Source of the DNA: Hyphochytrium catenoides | Lineage: Eukaryota > Protista > Hyphochytriomycota | Length of the DNA stretch: 34,619 nt | Assembly: GCA_900088475.1 (NCBI GenBank) | Contig: FLMG01003967.1 | Span: 1 to 34,619, forward strand | Direction of reading: 5' to 3' | Shown here: positions 1 through 11,800 of the stretch, one piece after another | Numbering within the stretch: the stretch's first letter is position 1 | Layout of the letters: the number at the start of each line of letters is the position of its first letter | Translations under genes and position numbers: made by a program | Notes under the pieces: model-generated | Seen by the model: the letters and a program-made list of their open reading frames with translations, nothing else | Databases searched by the model: none | Told to the model about the DNA's origin: nothing

Positions 1-1824
1 AATAGACGCTGCTCCATGCCTAAGCAGTTCACTTATGAGTTATCAGCGAGAATAGCGTAGAGAAGATTAAGGCAATCAGACAGAGGAAGTGGGTAAATGC
101 TGACCAAAGGGAAAGACAGAAGATCAGGAGTGAAAGAGTCTATTAAGGCCATAGATTTGACAGTAGTCGCTGATAAAGAAAATTTACCTCGTAACATCGC
201 TGCGCCTCCAAAACAGACAATTCGCTCTGCGAGGCCAACGCGGGCGTCCACGGGTGTCTGGAGAAGCGCTTCTAAGGCCGCAGCTGCGACACTATCCTCT
301 GGGCTGTCTCCTGCAAGAGGCCAAAGACTAATATAAGGATGGAAGATGACAAAAGGGAATACCTTCCCCTTTTAGCCCTTCAACAAGAATGGACGAGAAA
401 GAATTGCAAATGAAGGTGGCATCTTACTATCAATGGCTTACCATTGAAGCAGACCGTTAGGGTTGCCTTATGCAACTCTCTTGGCACTGTTACGGTCCTC
501 AAGCCCGCAGCCGGGAAACTTGCACTCTCTCCTTGATTAGCCTGAAAGAAGTCTGTGCCTCGAACGAGAATATCTTCTGCCAGTTCCCTGGTGACAATTT
601 CTTGTTCCTGCATCTCCACGCCAGGAGGGCTGCTATCTACAAGGTTTGTCTGTATGGATTGGACCATACTGAAGGCGCCTAGAGGGCAGACTGCAAGGTG
701 TGAAAGGTTAAAGCAAGCTTTCGGGAAGTATTGATAAGAAGTAGAAATAGACCGTCGCCGACGGCATGCACCTGGCCGGAAGTAGAGTAGTATAACGGGG
801 AGAAGCCCAGAGACAGCGCTTGCAATGAAAAGGGTTAGGCAAAGGGAGGAACAGCTAGAAAGTGCCTCTTACCTTGATATGCTTTCAGAAGGACTCTTCC
901 TTGCACTATTGGGCAAATTCTGGTTTCTTTCCATCCCCAATCCACCATCAACCCGTCTGAGCCGCCTGTGGCAGCCAGGGCGGCTGTGCTGTAAGGCAGG
1001 AATGAGAGAGATGGAGCCTTAAACTTGTCCAAAAGAATCCGTGCCACAGCTTGCCGAAAAGAACTTTGAGAGAAGAGGTTCTCAAGCACTAAGACTCGTC
1101 TCTCCTTTGGCTTGACGAGGAGATACCTAGCAGGATATCACAAGGTCAATAATAGTGATGACCAGGTCAAATGTTCAAGAGAAGAAAGGAACCAGCTAGA
1201 GCGATGCAGGAGACCTGGAGGACTTGTAAAGCAGGACGCTCGAGAGGAAGCAAAGGCTGTTGAAGGAGCTGCGCTAGGCAAGCATAGAACAAGAAACATT
1301 GAAAGCATTATCGTTAGAAGTGTAAGAACTTATCAAAAGAGAGCGTGTGAGGACCATGCAGACGGAAAGTCACACTAGTGACAGGTGAAGATAAGCCAGA
1401 GAGAAAGAAGAGATAGAGAGAGTTAGGATCCCAGTCACCGCTTGACAGTGCTGGTGTTCACCTGGAGAAGAGCTGAACGAAAACAGGTGTGAGGAAGGCG
1501 TCCCAGTCCTCAAGCCGTGGTGGTGGCCGCTGCGCTTCAAATGAGCCGATCTGCGGTCGAGTAAACTTGATCAATGGCCGGAACACACATCGTGCACACA
1601 TAAGTTTAGGTAAGAAGCAGGGTCGCACCACATAATACTCCAGGCTCTTTAAGGCCCAGGCCCAAGCAAGAAGACAATTAAACAGGCCAGTAGTCACCAA
1701 GGCTCACCTCTGACTCGAGAATATATCTTGGCCCACTCTCTCCCGCGAAACCTGCCTTCAGGAGCGCGGCTCCGAGCTCTAAGACGATAGCGGGCTTCTC
1801 AGTGCTGATGTACGGCCTATCCAT
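1..1824 (-). CDS. ACTR10: Actin-related protein 10 (dynactin Arp11), multi-exon, 3' end runs off the window
   Basis: ATG at 1824. Frame-consistent GT-AG exons 1824-1708, 1550-1462 and 1126-873, plus further exons down to base 1. These translate to EKPAIVLELGAALLKAGFAGESGPRYI, RYLLVKPKERRVLVLENLFS...FRQAVARILLDKFKAPS, GLMVDWGWKETRICPI, ELAEDILVR and DARVGLAERIVCFGGAAMLRG|MEQRL, collinear with recalled ACTR10 motifs. Confidence 0.88.
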
Positions 1825-2626
1825 CCTAACCTCATAAGAGAAAATGCTCCTTAATATAAGCTTGAAGTATAGAGCGTTGTTGGCACCCGTTGCGGCCTGG
1901 TACGTCCTTCTCGCTCAACGATAGCTTTCCGCCGCAGATGACTAGACATCACACAGGCATGGTGCCTTGTGTGTGTCTCTTCTACACGACGAGGGAAGCT
2001 TCTCCGGAACAGCGATTGGACTTGCTAATACGAAGGCCGCCGAGTACGCGCTCAACCCTCTCTACCTCTGAGACAGTTCAGACAAAGAGCTTGAACAGAT
2101 AGGACAGCTTGGCTGCGGAAGGCGAGGTCGAGGAGGCCCCGCAGAAGAAGGCGAACAGATTTCTTCTGAAAGTCTGAACATGAAGCTTTTTGACGTCAAG
2201 TAGTGAAAGTTACCCGGGCCTATTTTGGCTCGAGTCAAAGTATTCACTAGTACCAAATTATAAGTATGTGTATATCATCTCAGCCCGGAATAGGCTTATC
2301 GCAAATGACTCGGGTTAGAGGCTGCAATATTGGGTTGTCTTTTGGCAGAGATTCCGGGCGATCTGCGTCGGCGGCAAGGGCAGACAGAGATCAGAGCTCA
2401 GAGCTCCAGCTGTCAGACTTCCAGAGCTTGCAGTTTGCTGCTTGACAGTCAACAGTGAGAAAGAAAGTTGTCTGGGGACAAGAGGGCCTCGAAAGTCCTT
2501 ATTTAGGAGCAGGTAGAGGATGAGCTAAGCGCTTGGCTTATCTGTGCTTTGCTTGGAGGGCTGCCACGTCTCGCTCAACGACAAACTGGTGCTTAGGGGC
2601 CTGCTGTTCCTAAGGCTTTAGGAGCG
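1825..2626. promoter_or_regulatory. Divergent promoter/5'UTR region between ACTR10 and the TM-FN3-VHL gene; contains the CRE-like palindrome TTGACGTCAA (2190-2199)
   Basis: Head-to-head start codons at 1824 (-) and 2627 (+). The 10-bp palindrome with a TGACGTCA core is seen directly; its function is inferred. Confidence 0.45.
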
Positions 2627-5503
2627 ATGGCTTCTCTCGTGAGGGAGCTTTTTCTCTCTATGCGTCCGAGCTTCTTTAGGTAGGCAGAGATAGCAAGCTT
2701 TGGTCAGAAAGACGCTACCTTAGAATTAGAGGAGAGGCAGATCTGTGATGAAGTCGGAACTGAGTAGGAGTTGAGATGCAAGGAGGCGGACGAAAGTGTC
2801 TTGATGAGAGAGGAATTGTGTGTGTGTGTGAGAGAGAGAAGAAAGAGAGAGAGAGAGAGAGAGGAATTGTGTTTGTGTGTGTGAGAGAGAGAAGAGAGAG
2901 AGAGTGTGTGTGAGAGAGAGAGGTTGGGCACACCACATGAAATGGGTGCCTCTGAGCTATGAAAGTGCAAAGCTAGTTCCAACCACGGACTGACGATCAC
3001 TACTTCTTCTTAGGGCCGACTTTTTCGAGAAGCACTCTGCTGTCCGGACGCTGCTCTTCATGCTCCTTTTCTTCTACGCCATTACGGCGGTGAACTTTGT
3101 ACAGCTCTTGATGGACCCGGAGAGTAAGCTGACAAAGAGTTTGTCCCTGTCGATCAGAGGAGCGTTTAGGGCACTCGTTCAGGAGATGCCATCAGATCTG
3201 GAAGTCTATTTGGACAGCGCGAGAGGGAGGATTGACTTCAATAGAGCCGCCGAGGTGGGACCACTCAGACTGCTGCTACGTGGACATCTTAGCCTCTTGC
3301 AGTCTTCTTGTTGGCCTCTTGTCTACGACCTCTCTTTTCTCCGTTTCCATGCAACCCCATACATTATAGGCTAACGGTGTTGGCAGCTTCGCTTCGAGCG
3401 CTTCTATGATCTTATCGGTGAAGATCCAAAAGACGCGGTAAGCAGGGTAAAGGAGGTGGACGTGTCTCAACTATCATTTTCCCCCTTGTCAAGCTCTCTG
3501 TCTTCCACAGACTGTCCCCTCACTCACTATTGACTGAGCGTGCACTTATCACTAGCTTTATATGTCTAAGCCTCGTCTGTCTGCAGAGGAACTTCTGGGT
3601 TCTCCTTGCTTCAAACGACCGAGTCAAGGACCCAACGAAGACGTTCTTGGAGGGAGAGGAAGGTGGGGAGAAGTACAAAGGACATCCTCCGTCCGTAATT
3701 CTTACGCAGACAGCCATTTACTTTCGGCCTATGCTCTTTGTCGTGGGGGGAAAGAGGAGGGGAGAAGAAGACAGTGATGAGGGAGATGTGATTGAGAGCT
3801 CTCAGGAGCTACTTCTAGGGTTATTGGACGGGTCTTCTGTGCAGCTGAGCCGCAGCTATTGGCCTGTCCATTACGAATCTCTGTCTGCCGAACTCAATTC
3901 ATTTGGTCAGCTTTTCTGTGAGAAGATTAGCGTTCCGGAAAGAGATAGGGGTCGACAAGAAAGGAGAGGTGACCAAGCAAGAGAGCAGGAAGAAGTAGAA
4001 AGAGATACTTCTGGACGGAGATTTGTGCACAAATGCACTCAGGAGTCATTCAAGCAAGGGGTGGCCAAGATCCTGCAATCCCAGTCGTTTGCCTACGCGG
4101 ACCTGTTCTTTGCTCCAGCCTTTGCTGGATTATTCTTCTTAACCTCTCTCATCCTGAACTCCCTGGTCTGGGTGCGGTACTTCGTGACTGTCTCTCCGGT
4201 GCTGTACGGCTTCTCCAACCTTGCTTTTAGCCGCACGGTGCGGGGAGCAGAAAGAGAGAGAGAAGCAGTGACAATCTCTGAGGCTGTAAAGCTAGTCATT
4301 TATACGTCCTCTCCCTTCCTTCTGCGGGACTTGATCTTAGGCCCACCAGTCTTTGACTTGATGGAGCTGATTGTCTCTGTCCTCAGTCATTCTGCCTGGT
4401 TTATCATAGCTTTGTATAGAATCAAGGTACAGAGAATTCCTCCTTCTCCTTCCGATTCTTCAACGCCTTCCGCTGCTGACGATGAGCGAGGAGGAGAGAG
4501 ATTGGCAAGCTTCTTCTCCCTGGTCCCTGGCAGAACAAGAGGCGGATCCAGACCTGAAGTGAAAGACGTCAGCGCTACTTCGGTCCTTTTGGACTGGAGC
4601 AGCTACGCTGCCGCCCTGTCCTCCCCTTCCACAGTGTCTTCCTTCCGAATCTGGGCAAAACCTGCGTCTCAGCACACTTTCTTTCTCTTGGGCGACACGC
4701 ACAGTATCGGAACCTTCGCCCTTCTTTATGGGCTGTCCCCGGACACTTCGTACCAGTTCAAGGTGGAGGCAATAGATCAGCAAGGCAGGAATATCAGCCT
4801 ACCTTCTGCTGTCTCACTACCAGTCAAGACAAGGACCCTTGCAGATCCTTATTGGGGCTTCCTTGAACAGCGGCGAACGGTGTCTTCCTTCTTTTATGAG
4901 CAAGCAGGGGCTGCTGTTGAGAAAGCCCTTTCCACCTCAATAACAAGCCTTGCGACGATGCAAGAAGGAAGAAGAGAGCAGAAAGAGAGAGAGATTGCCC
5001 AGCTGAGAACTACAGCTGAACAGCTGGCTCATTTTAGGCGACAGAGCGAGGGGACTCTGCTCCAAATGGAAGCTCAGTACCGACTGGCCGCAGCTTTACA
5101 GGGGAGGGCTGAACCCGCTCTGTCGTCTACATCTCCTTCTTCTCCATTCTTTCTCCTTTTGACAAGTTCAGCAGCGCAAAGCGCTCTTGAACGGAGAGAC
5201 ATGAAGTCCGAGCGGGCAGATGTGGCTGTCGACGTGACATTTGTGAACAGAACAGACGAGTCTCTCACCCTAGAATGGCTGGACTATCAAGGAGCTAGAC
5301 AACCGCAGGGTCGGATAGAGAGAGGAGCAGAAGTGCAGATTCACACTTTCTTTTCGCACCCTTTCTTGATCTCTCGCTCCTCAGGAGCGATTATAGCTCT
5401 TTTTGCACCGACCCTTCCTCCTCCGTCTCAACCTCGTCCTCGGCGATACAGAGTGCTTATATCAAGGGCAGACCCGCCAACCGTGACTGTCGAGAGGGTC
5501 TGA
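2627..5503 (+). CDS. Multi-pass membrane protein (~753 aa): DUF1189-like TM region, fibronectin type III domain, coiled coil, C-terminal VHL beta domain
   Basis: Exons 2627-2679, 3014-3254, 3387-3437 and 3587-5503 join in frame via GT-AG introns, with a CTAAC branch point at 3371. FN3: PEVKDVSATSVLLDWS...LYGLSPDTSYQFKVEAID (~4550-4830). VHL-beta: VDVTFVNRTDESLTLEWLDYQG...QIHTFFSHPFLI (~5220-5460). Confidence 0.8.
2806..2922 (+). repeat. Compound (GT)n/(GA)n microsatellite with a higher-order duplication, in intron 1 of the TM-FN3-VHL gene
   Basis: The unit gagagaggaattgtg(tg)n(ag)naga occurs twice about 52 bp apart, followed by a partial third copy. Confidence 0.85.
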
Positions 5504-5839
5504 CCAGAGGTGAGAGGAGCAGAGAGAACGAGAGGAACTCCCTTTTTAAGATATATTATTATACAACGTCCGGAGTTGAGAGTGAGACAGTGAGAGACAG
5601 ACAAACAGAGAGATAGAGAGAGGGAGAGAAACCCCAAGCAAGGCCTAAACAGCCCTAGTCTTAGCGTTCTCTATATGGCTTGGGGGTTTCATAGGGTCCA
5701 CGTGTAAGCCTGATAACTCAAGAGATTAAAAGGCTTAACGATCTCTCTCTCTCTCACTAGATTGGCTCTTTCTTTCTCAGCTTGCATCTCAAGCTCTCTA
5801 TTACACCTCTTCTCTGTCTGTCTCTCCTACGCACAGAAT

Positions 5840-7303
5840 CTACATAGCACGGTAATGCTCCTCTCTGTCATCCTCGTACGCCAGGACCTCTTCTGTCTGT
5901 TTCTTCCTCCTCTTGTGTCTACGAACCGCAAGCACGACAATCCCAATGAAGATCACGGTGCCAGCCACCGCAGAAAGAACAATGATAAGAATCTTCACTG
6001 CAGGTTTAAGCGCAGACTGCCCGCCCTGTTCTCCCTCTCCTGGAGGAGACGGGCCATCTTTTCTAGTGTCATCCTCTCTTTCGCTGCAGAGACAGAAGGC
6101 CGGACAGTTAACAGGTCCCCGTCTGTTACAAGCCTCATTGCACCAGCCATTGTCGCTCCTATTCTGCGCATGGCAGTAGCGCGTAGGATAGGAACAGAAA
6201 GATGAAAAGGAGGAGCAGCAGGCTGAGGCAGGAGGACAGAAGAGGAGGAGAGACGAGTTTCTCTTGGTGATGGCGGTGGAGGCGTCCTGAGCTGTACCAG
6301 CAGCTACACATACGTCAGTAGCAGACGGGGAAGACGAGGTAAGAGACCCACAAGGGAGAGAAGAGGAACAGCGTTGGCAAGAAGGAGGATCCTCTCTGGA
6401 CATTCTATTGGTAGGAATGACTGGAGGAGGAGGAGGAGTCTGAGAGGACTCTGTTTCGGAGGGAGGTGGAGGAGGAGGAAGAGTGCCATCCCACATAGAT
6501 GGCCCAAGGAGGCAACGCACAGTTCCCGGGGGACAGGCTGCATTTTGGAGATCAAAGCACGCAGCGTCCCCAGTGTTTACGCAGACTGAGCCCAGTGAGC
6601 GCGGGGCACATGCCGCACATGAAGAGAAAGAAGAGAAAGAAGGGGACGTCGCCGGAGAGGAAGAAGGAGACGGTGATGCAGAAGAGCCCTCTCTCTCCTC
6701 AGCAGCACACAGCCTCGTGCCACTCGGACACTTCCCCTCGCGATCGACGCCATAGCACTTTCTTTCTCCAGAATGCAGGCACGGACTTTGAGGCCTACAG
6801 AGGCCTTCACAGTCCACGGTAGGCAGCAGAGGAAAGAGCGAAGATTGGTCTCCTTGGCACGGTGCTGTTCCCGCGGGACAGGGATCAGAGGGAGAGGGAG
6901 AGGAAAAACATACTCCGTTGGCTGTGTTCAGACAGTCTCCTGAGCTGCCGGCTGCGCATCTGATGCAGTTCTGTCGACGAGAGAGGTCTATGGGGGAGCA
7001 GAGGACACTAGCAGGAGGACAGACAAGGACAGAGGCGGCAGAAGGAGGAGGAGAGAGTGGAGCAGTGCACTGCGACGTGCCAGAGTTATAGCAAGGACTG
7101 CTATGAGTGCAGCTTTGGCAGCCTATCACTTGGGGCAGGAGGAGGCCTGAGAGAGAAGAGCCTGAGTCTCTTTCCCTTCCAGTCGGTAGCGCTCTCTGAG
7201 CCGAAGAGAACTGTCGTTTATGGATGGCAGCAGCCTCCAAGAGAGGAAGAGATGATAAGGACAACGTAAGAAGAACCGAGAGACAGAAGCTTGCTCTGCC
7301 CAT
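5840..7303 (-). CDS. Cys-rich modular type I membrane protein, copy A (487 aa, intronless)
   Basis: Likely start at 7303 (MGRASFCLSVLLTLSLSSLPLLEA signal peptide) inside ORF 5840-7513. Contains six-Cys repeats, a Pro/Ser stalk, a D-x-x-W-C...CP..C-x-C module, TM VKILIIVLSAVAGTVIFIGIVVLAV, a basic stop-transfer segment and a tail ending HYRAM. Collinear paralog at 18699-20240. Confidence 0.88.
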   Translation of the reverse strand: MGRASFCLSVLLTLSLSSLPLLEAAAIHKRQFSSAQRALPTGRERDSGSSLSGLLLPQVIGCQSCTHSSPCYNSGTSQCTAPLSPPPSAASVLVCPPASVLCSPIDLSRRQNCIRCAAGSSGDCLNTANGVCFSSPSPSDPCPAGTAPCQGDQSSLFPLLPTVDCEGLCRPQSPCLHSGERKCYGVDREGKCPSGTRLCAAEEREGSSASPSPSSSPATSPSFSSFSSCAACAPRSLGSVCVNTGDAACFDLQNAACPPGTVRCLLGPSMWDGTLPPPPPPSETESSQTPPPPPVIPTNRMSREDPPSCQRCSSSLPCGSLTSSSPSATDVCVAAGTAQDASTAITKRNSSLLLFCPPASACCSSFSSFCSYPTRYCHAQNRSDNGWCNEACNRRGPVNCPAFCLCSEREDDTRKDGPSPPGEGEQGGQSALKPAVKILIIVLSAVAGTVIFIGIVVLAVRRHKRRKKQTEEVLAYEDDREEHYRAM

Positions 7304-7782
7304 CCTGAGGAGATCAAGGAGACAGTGAAAAACAGCGCCGCCGTTCACGAGGCAAGGGGAAAGAGAGAACGAGAGAGACAGAGAGTCATGCCAGTATGCC
7401 AAGATATAACCCTCTTGTCGCCTAACAACCAAGCCAGACACAGGGCAGATGTCTTGGTCTTCCCTTTTCGTTGTCTTCTTTTCGTTCCTTATGGAAGCAC
7501 GAGACGAGGACAAGGATCGGTCTTTCGAAGATCTTCCTTTCTCTTCTCAGTTCTCCCGGCTCTACACCTCCGACTCGTGCTTTGACTCTAAGGCTCTTCA
7601 GGAGGCCCTTTCGTTGCAAGTGCCCTCTCTCCCTCTGCGCGATGACGCTTCAATGGCAGAGCAAGGGGAGAGATCCCAAGACGCGAGAGAGAGGGAGAGA
7701 GAGAGAAAAGCAGAGGCAACAACGGAGCTGGAGAGCTGGGGAGAAGGGAAGGCAAGGGAAGGTGAGGCGGCAGACAGGCAAA

Positions 7783-7852
7783 CAGACAGAAGAGCCGCCC
7801 CGCCACCAACGCCTCAGCTCCTCCAAACTGGCAACTGCGCGAAAGGTCGTTC
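7783..7852 (-). promoter_or_regulatory. Conserved upstream element of copy A containing the E2F-consensus octamer TTTCGCGC (7837-7844, minus strand)
   Basis: The reverse complement aligns by eye with 18243-18306 upstream of copy B (gaa.g.cctttcgcgc..tt.cca...aggagct...tcttctgtctg). Confidence 0.5.
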
Positions 7853-8138
7853 GTTGCCTCCAGCCCACCTTAGCTGCTAACGGCATTTGTAGGATTCTGT
7901 TAGGAACAGAAAGTGAACTCATTTCTGATATAGCTTGTTCCTATGTCTTCTATCAGAGATAGATAGCTTTGAGGATTGAACGTTCATCTTCAAAAATTGC
8001 TGTTGGAGTGCTTTGGGCCGCTGCCGATGAGAAACGAAGCGATGTTGTCTCGGGGTCTGGGGCTCAGAAGAGCAGCGCAGCGGCAAGAACCGGTGAGAGC
8101 GCAGACAAGGAGAGGGACTAGGCCAGAGATGGGACAGC

Positions 8139-8192
8139 GCACAGAGAGAGTGAGAGAGAGAGAAAGACAGACAGAGAGAGAGAGAAAGAGAG

Positions 8193-8223
<31 letters not shown>

Positions 8224-8225
8224 GG
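8139..8225 (+). repeat. (GA)n-rich microsatellite
   Basis: Interrupted GA/GAAA/GACA tract seen directly. Confidence 0.9.
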
Positions 8226-8856
8226 CAAGAAGAGACTGGAGGAGGGCGATGGGAGGACGAGAAGGCGAGAGTGGTGGTGGGAGGAATGAGGAGTGACTTT
8301 GCAAAATATAGTGGGCGCTATACTTGGTGAACGAGCAAACTGCTGGCGGCTGATGGCTGACATAGTTCTTGCCGAGAGACAGCCAGCAAGATTGGGACAA
8401 GAATATTTACGCCGAATAGATAGCCAGGCGTCAGGGTTCAATGTTATAGCAAGTGCTGGCTTATAGCTCGAGGGAGGGCGAGTCGGCGCGCCGGAAGACT
8501 GCTGGTTGGAATAAGTGTCCCAAGGTGCATGAGGAGCTGAAGAGAGTAAGAGAAACTAGCTCACCAGGAGCCCCATGCAGAGAGGTGAGAGAGGAACAGA
8601 GAAGGAGAGGGAGAGAGACAGAGGAAGAGAGAGGGTATGCATACTTGTAGGTGCAGAGCAGCAGATGGCAAGAGCGCAGAGGCCAATATTCACGGTTAAT
8701 CTAACATTTATTGACTTTTGACTTACAAGGAAAGAGGAGTGCCAATGCTCTCTCTCTCCCTCTCATCATGACGTCCACCAATATTCCACCTCTGCAACAG
8801 ATCCGTAGATCGATAAGTTTTCACTGGTGACTCTCTCTCTCGTCGCCCTGCCTTCT

Positions 8857-11800
8857 CTACAGCGCAGGAGGAGGAGGAGGAGGTCCTCGACCTGTTTTCC
8901 CATACGCTTCAGCGACGAGCTTTGAGATCCGGCCCATCGGCTGGGGCATGCCTCTCCCTCCGCGTTCTCCTCCTCTTGACATTGCGTTGAAGGCGATGGA
9001 GCCACGACCATACGGCGCAGGCGCTCCTCGATTATCTCCTCCTCCTGGGTAGTATGCACTCTCTCTTGGACTGAGATAGGCGCGATAGTTTTCAGCTCTT
9101 CCTCCATTCACGCCAAAGGCAACGTAAGAGGTGCGACTCTCTGCCCTGCCTCGTCCTTGCTGGCGTCCATACATTCCAGATGGGCGGTAGTAGAGGCTCT
9201 GCCCGACAGGGAGGAGAGAAATAGAGTTGGGAGGAGGAGGATAGAGAAATTCTTCCTCTTCCTCGTCTCTGCGATTGCCAAAGACCTGCGCGACATAGCG
9301 TGAAGCTCGGGCTGAGTCGACGCCGTGCATGTTCATCATGTTCCTGCCAATAGAGCCACGGCCCACCAGCTTCCGCTGCCTTCTTCCTCCCATAAAGCGA
9401 AGCTCTTCCTCGAGGAGGAAAACATTCTCTCCGCCCCTCTCCAGGTCTCTTTCTCCCTCTTTTCCGCAGGCTTCCAGGCTAATGTCGCAGGCAAGGCTCT
9501 GAGGGGCTTCTGCCAAGTTGGAGGCAAAGCGCGCTACCGTAAGGTTGGGCCTAATGACCATCACGCCCATGCGGTGCAGCTCCATGGCCTTCTCCGCCTC
9601 TCTTTCTTTCGCCTTGACTGTGGCCAGCAAACGAGGCTTCTTGTCTGGGAAGGCTCTCTGTATCAGCTGACAATACTCCTTGGTCCGCTCTGGGTCGTCC
9701 AGGAGGAAGATGACCGCGTCCGTGTTGCCTTCAATAGCAGAGAGGGAAGTAGGAGAGAGAGACAGAACTTCATCAACCAGTTCGATGTTCTTGGCTGCCT
9801 CTCTTCCTTCTTCTCCCTCTTTGTCGAGGAAACGGTGGAGGTTCTCTCTCACTGCGCTGTTGCCTAAAGCAGGAATACGGACTTTGGCGCCCGTAGAGCA
9901 GAGATGAAGAGAAAGAGAGAAGGCAAGCTCCGAGGCGCCGATGACCGCAGCCCTCTCTATCTTTAGAGGGAGACCTGCTTTCTGTGGATTCGCTGCTCCT
10001 CCTTCGCCATCTTCTCCTCCTCCTTCTCCATCTAACGTTTTCTTTCCATGATGGTCATCTCCATCACTCTCTAGCATCTTTCCTGCCTCCCCTGACCTCT
10101 TCACACCGAGTGAACAGAGAACGGGACCAAAGAGCTGAGCAATGACCACAGCGCCAACAATAGTAGCGGCAAAGAGTGGTCCCCACGTGTCAGGCGCCAA
10201 CATTTGAACTTCATTAGCTAATCCCAACGTAACGCCTGCTTGAGGCGTGAAGCACATCCACAGATTTGTATAGAACTCCTTCCCTTTCTTGAGAATGAAC
10301 TTCAAAGCAATGAACGTCCCAGCAATGAGGGCGAACCAGCGTACAGCGACGTAGGTCAGAGAGAGAGGAAGAGCCTTAGCCACCTGGTCAAGTTTCATGG
10401 CAGCCCCAGTCATGGTGAAGAACGGAAGAAAGACATAGGGAGCGGCAGTGTCAAGGATAACATGCATATCATGCCTGATGTGCTCGGATTTGTGACCAGC
10501 GATGCAGGAGGCGATCATGAGCACCAGGAGCTTCTCAAACTTTATCTCCCACTCCTCACCAAATTTCTCCTTTGAGAACTCAGCGAAGAACTCTGTAAAA
10601 GTGAACCAGCCGAACCCGGCCACCATCCAGACAACGCCCTTGACAGGGAGAGAGTACAGGAGAGAGAGAAGGGCATTCCCTCCTTCCTTAGGAGAGGGAT
10701 GGTGCAGAGAAAAAAGCCCGACGATGAAGAAGCTGAAGAGAGCTCCGATGAGAAGGTTTGAGAGAACAATGGCAAAGGTCACCAGAATAGCCGTAGGGTT
10801 GGCGGCCTTCTCAGTGCAAGAGAGCGAGGCCACAATCCTCGCTACAGAGAAGGTAACAAGCACAAGGAAGTCAGAGATCATCACCATACCGATCATTAGG
10901 TTCGTGAAGGGCCCAGCACTCTTCAGCTCTATTTGAATGGCTAGGGCAGTAGCAGGTGAGATCGCCACCCCAATAGAGGCGAAGAGAAGTGCGACAGAGA
11001 TGGAGCATGACCCGCCAAGTGCGCCGTAGAAGAACGCTCCAGCTGCCACGGAAAGGATTCCCGTCATGATGCTGAGAATCGTGACGTACTGCACGCCCAA
11101 TGTGATGCCAATATTTCTAATGTGAGGCTTCAGGTCGGGCCAGTACAGCTCCTGTCCAGCCTGGAAGGCAATGAAAGAGAGTGCCACGTTGTTCACAAAG
11201 GCAGCAAGACCCATCACAGTCTCCTTCTGAAGCAGATTGGTAAGGAAGGGCCCAGCCATAACGCCAATGAGAAGGTAGCCGGTGATAATGGGGAGTCGGA
11301 GGAGAGCAGGAAAGAGCATAGCGAGGGGAAATGCTGCCACACAGACGATAGCGAAGCCGATGCTGCCCATGATGGTACGGAAGAGGCTCAACTTTGGCAT
11401 TTCTCCTTCTTTGCCCTCTGCCTTCTCTTTCCCTTCCTCTGCTAGCTCTTCTGCATCGATGACGCCAGGAGCACCGTTCCCTCCTGTGGAGAGAGCTTGC
11501 TGCTGGGTAGTCTGATCTGCAATTTGTGCCCCTCCTCCGTTCACAGTACCTGTTGCTCCTCCCGCTCTTGTCTGATGGCTCTGTGCCGGGCTGGGGCTCA
11601 CAGCAGCAGGGATCATCTTAGGTTGCACCACAGGGGCTTGGGGTCTCCCCTGTCCTCCAGTTGCCGTTACGCCCTGTGCTCCGGTTGTTGTCGTGGTGGA
11701 CTGGGTACCTTTTACTGCAGTTCCCATGCTTTCTGCTCCTGCAGGTGCAGCTGGCATCATTCCTCCACTGGTGTCACCTTGCATTCCCATTGATCTGCTG

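Noticed and set aside
3530-3586. ORF-track start of the 657-aa protein
   Set aside because: Non-ATG start inside intron 3; the exon begins after CTGCAG at 3587.
7304-7513. 70-aa N-terminal extension of ORF 5840-7513
   Set aside because: The signal peptide and homology with copy B begin at Met 7303; the extension is CT-repeat-rich leader sequence.
7449-8650. Several 65-163 aa ORFs (RERE/SLSL-rich)
   Set aside because: Artefacts of GA microsatellites; the frames are not conserved with the homologous region upstream of copy B.
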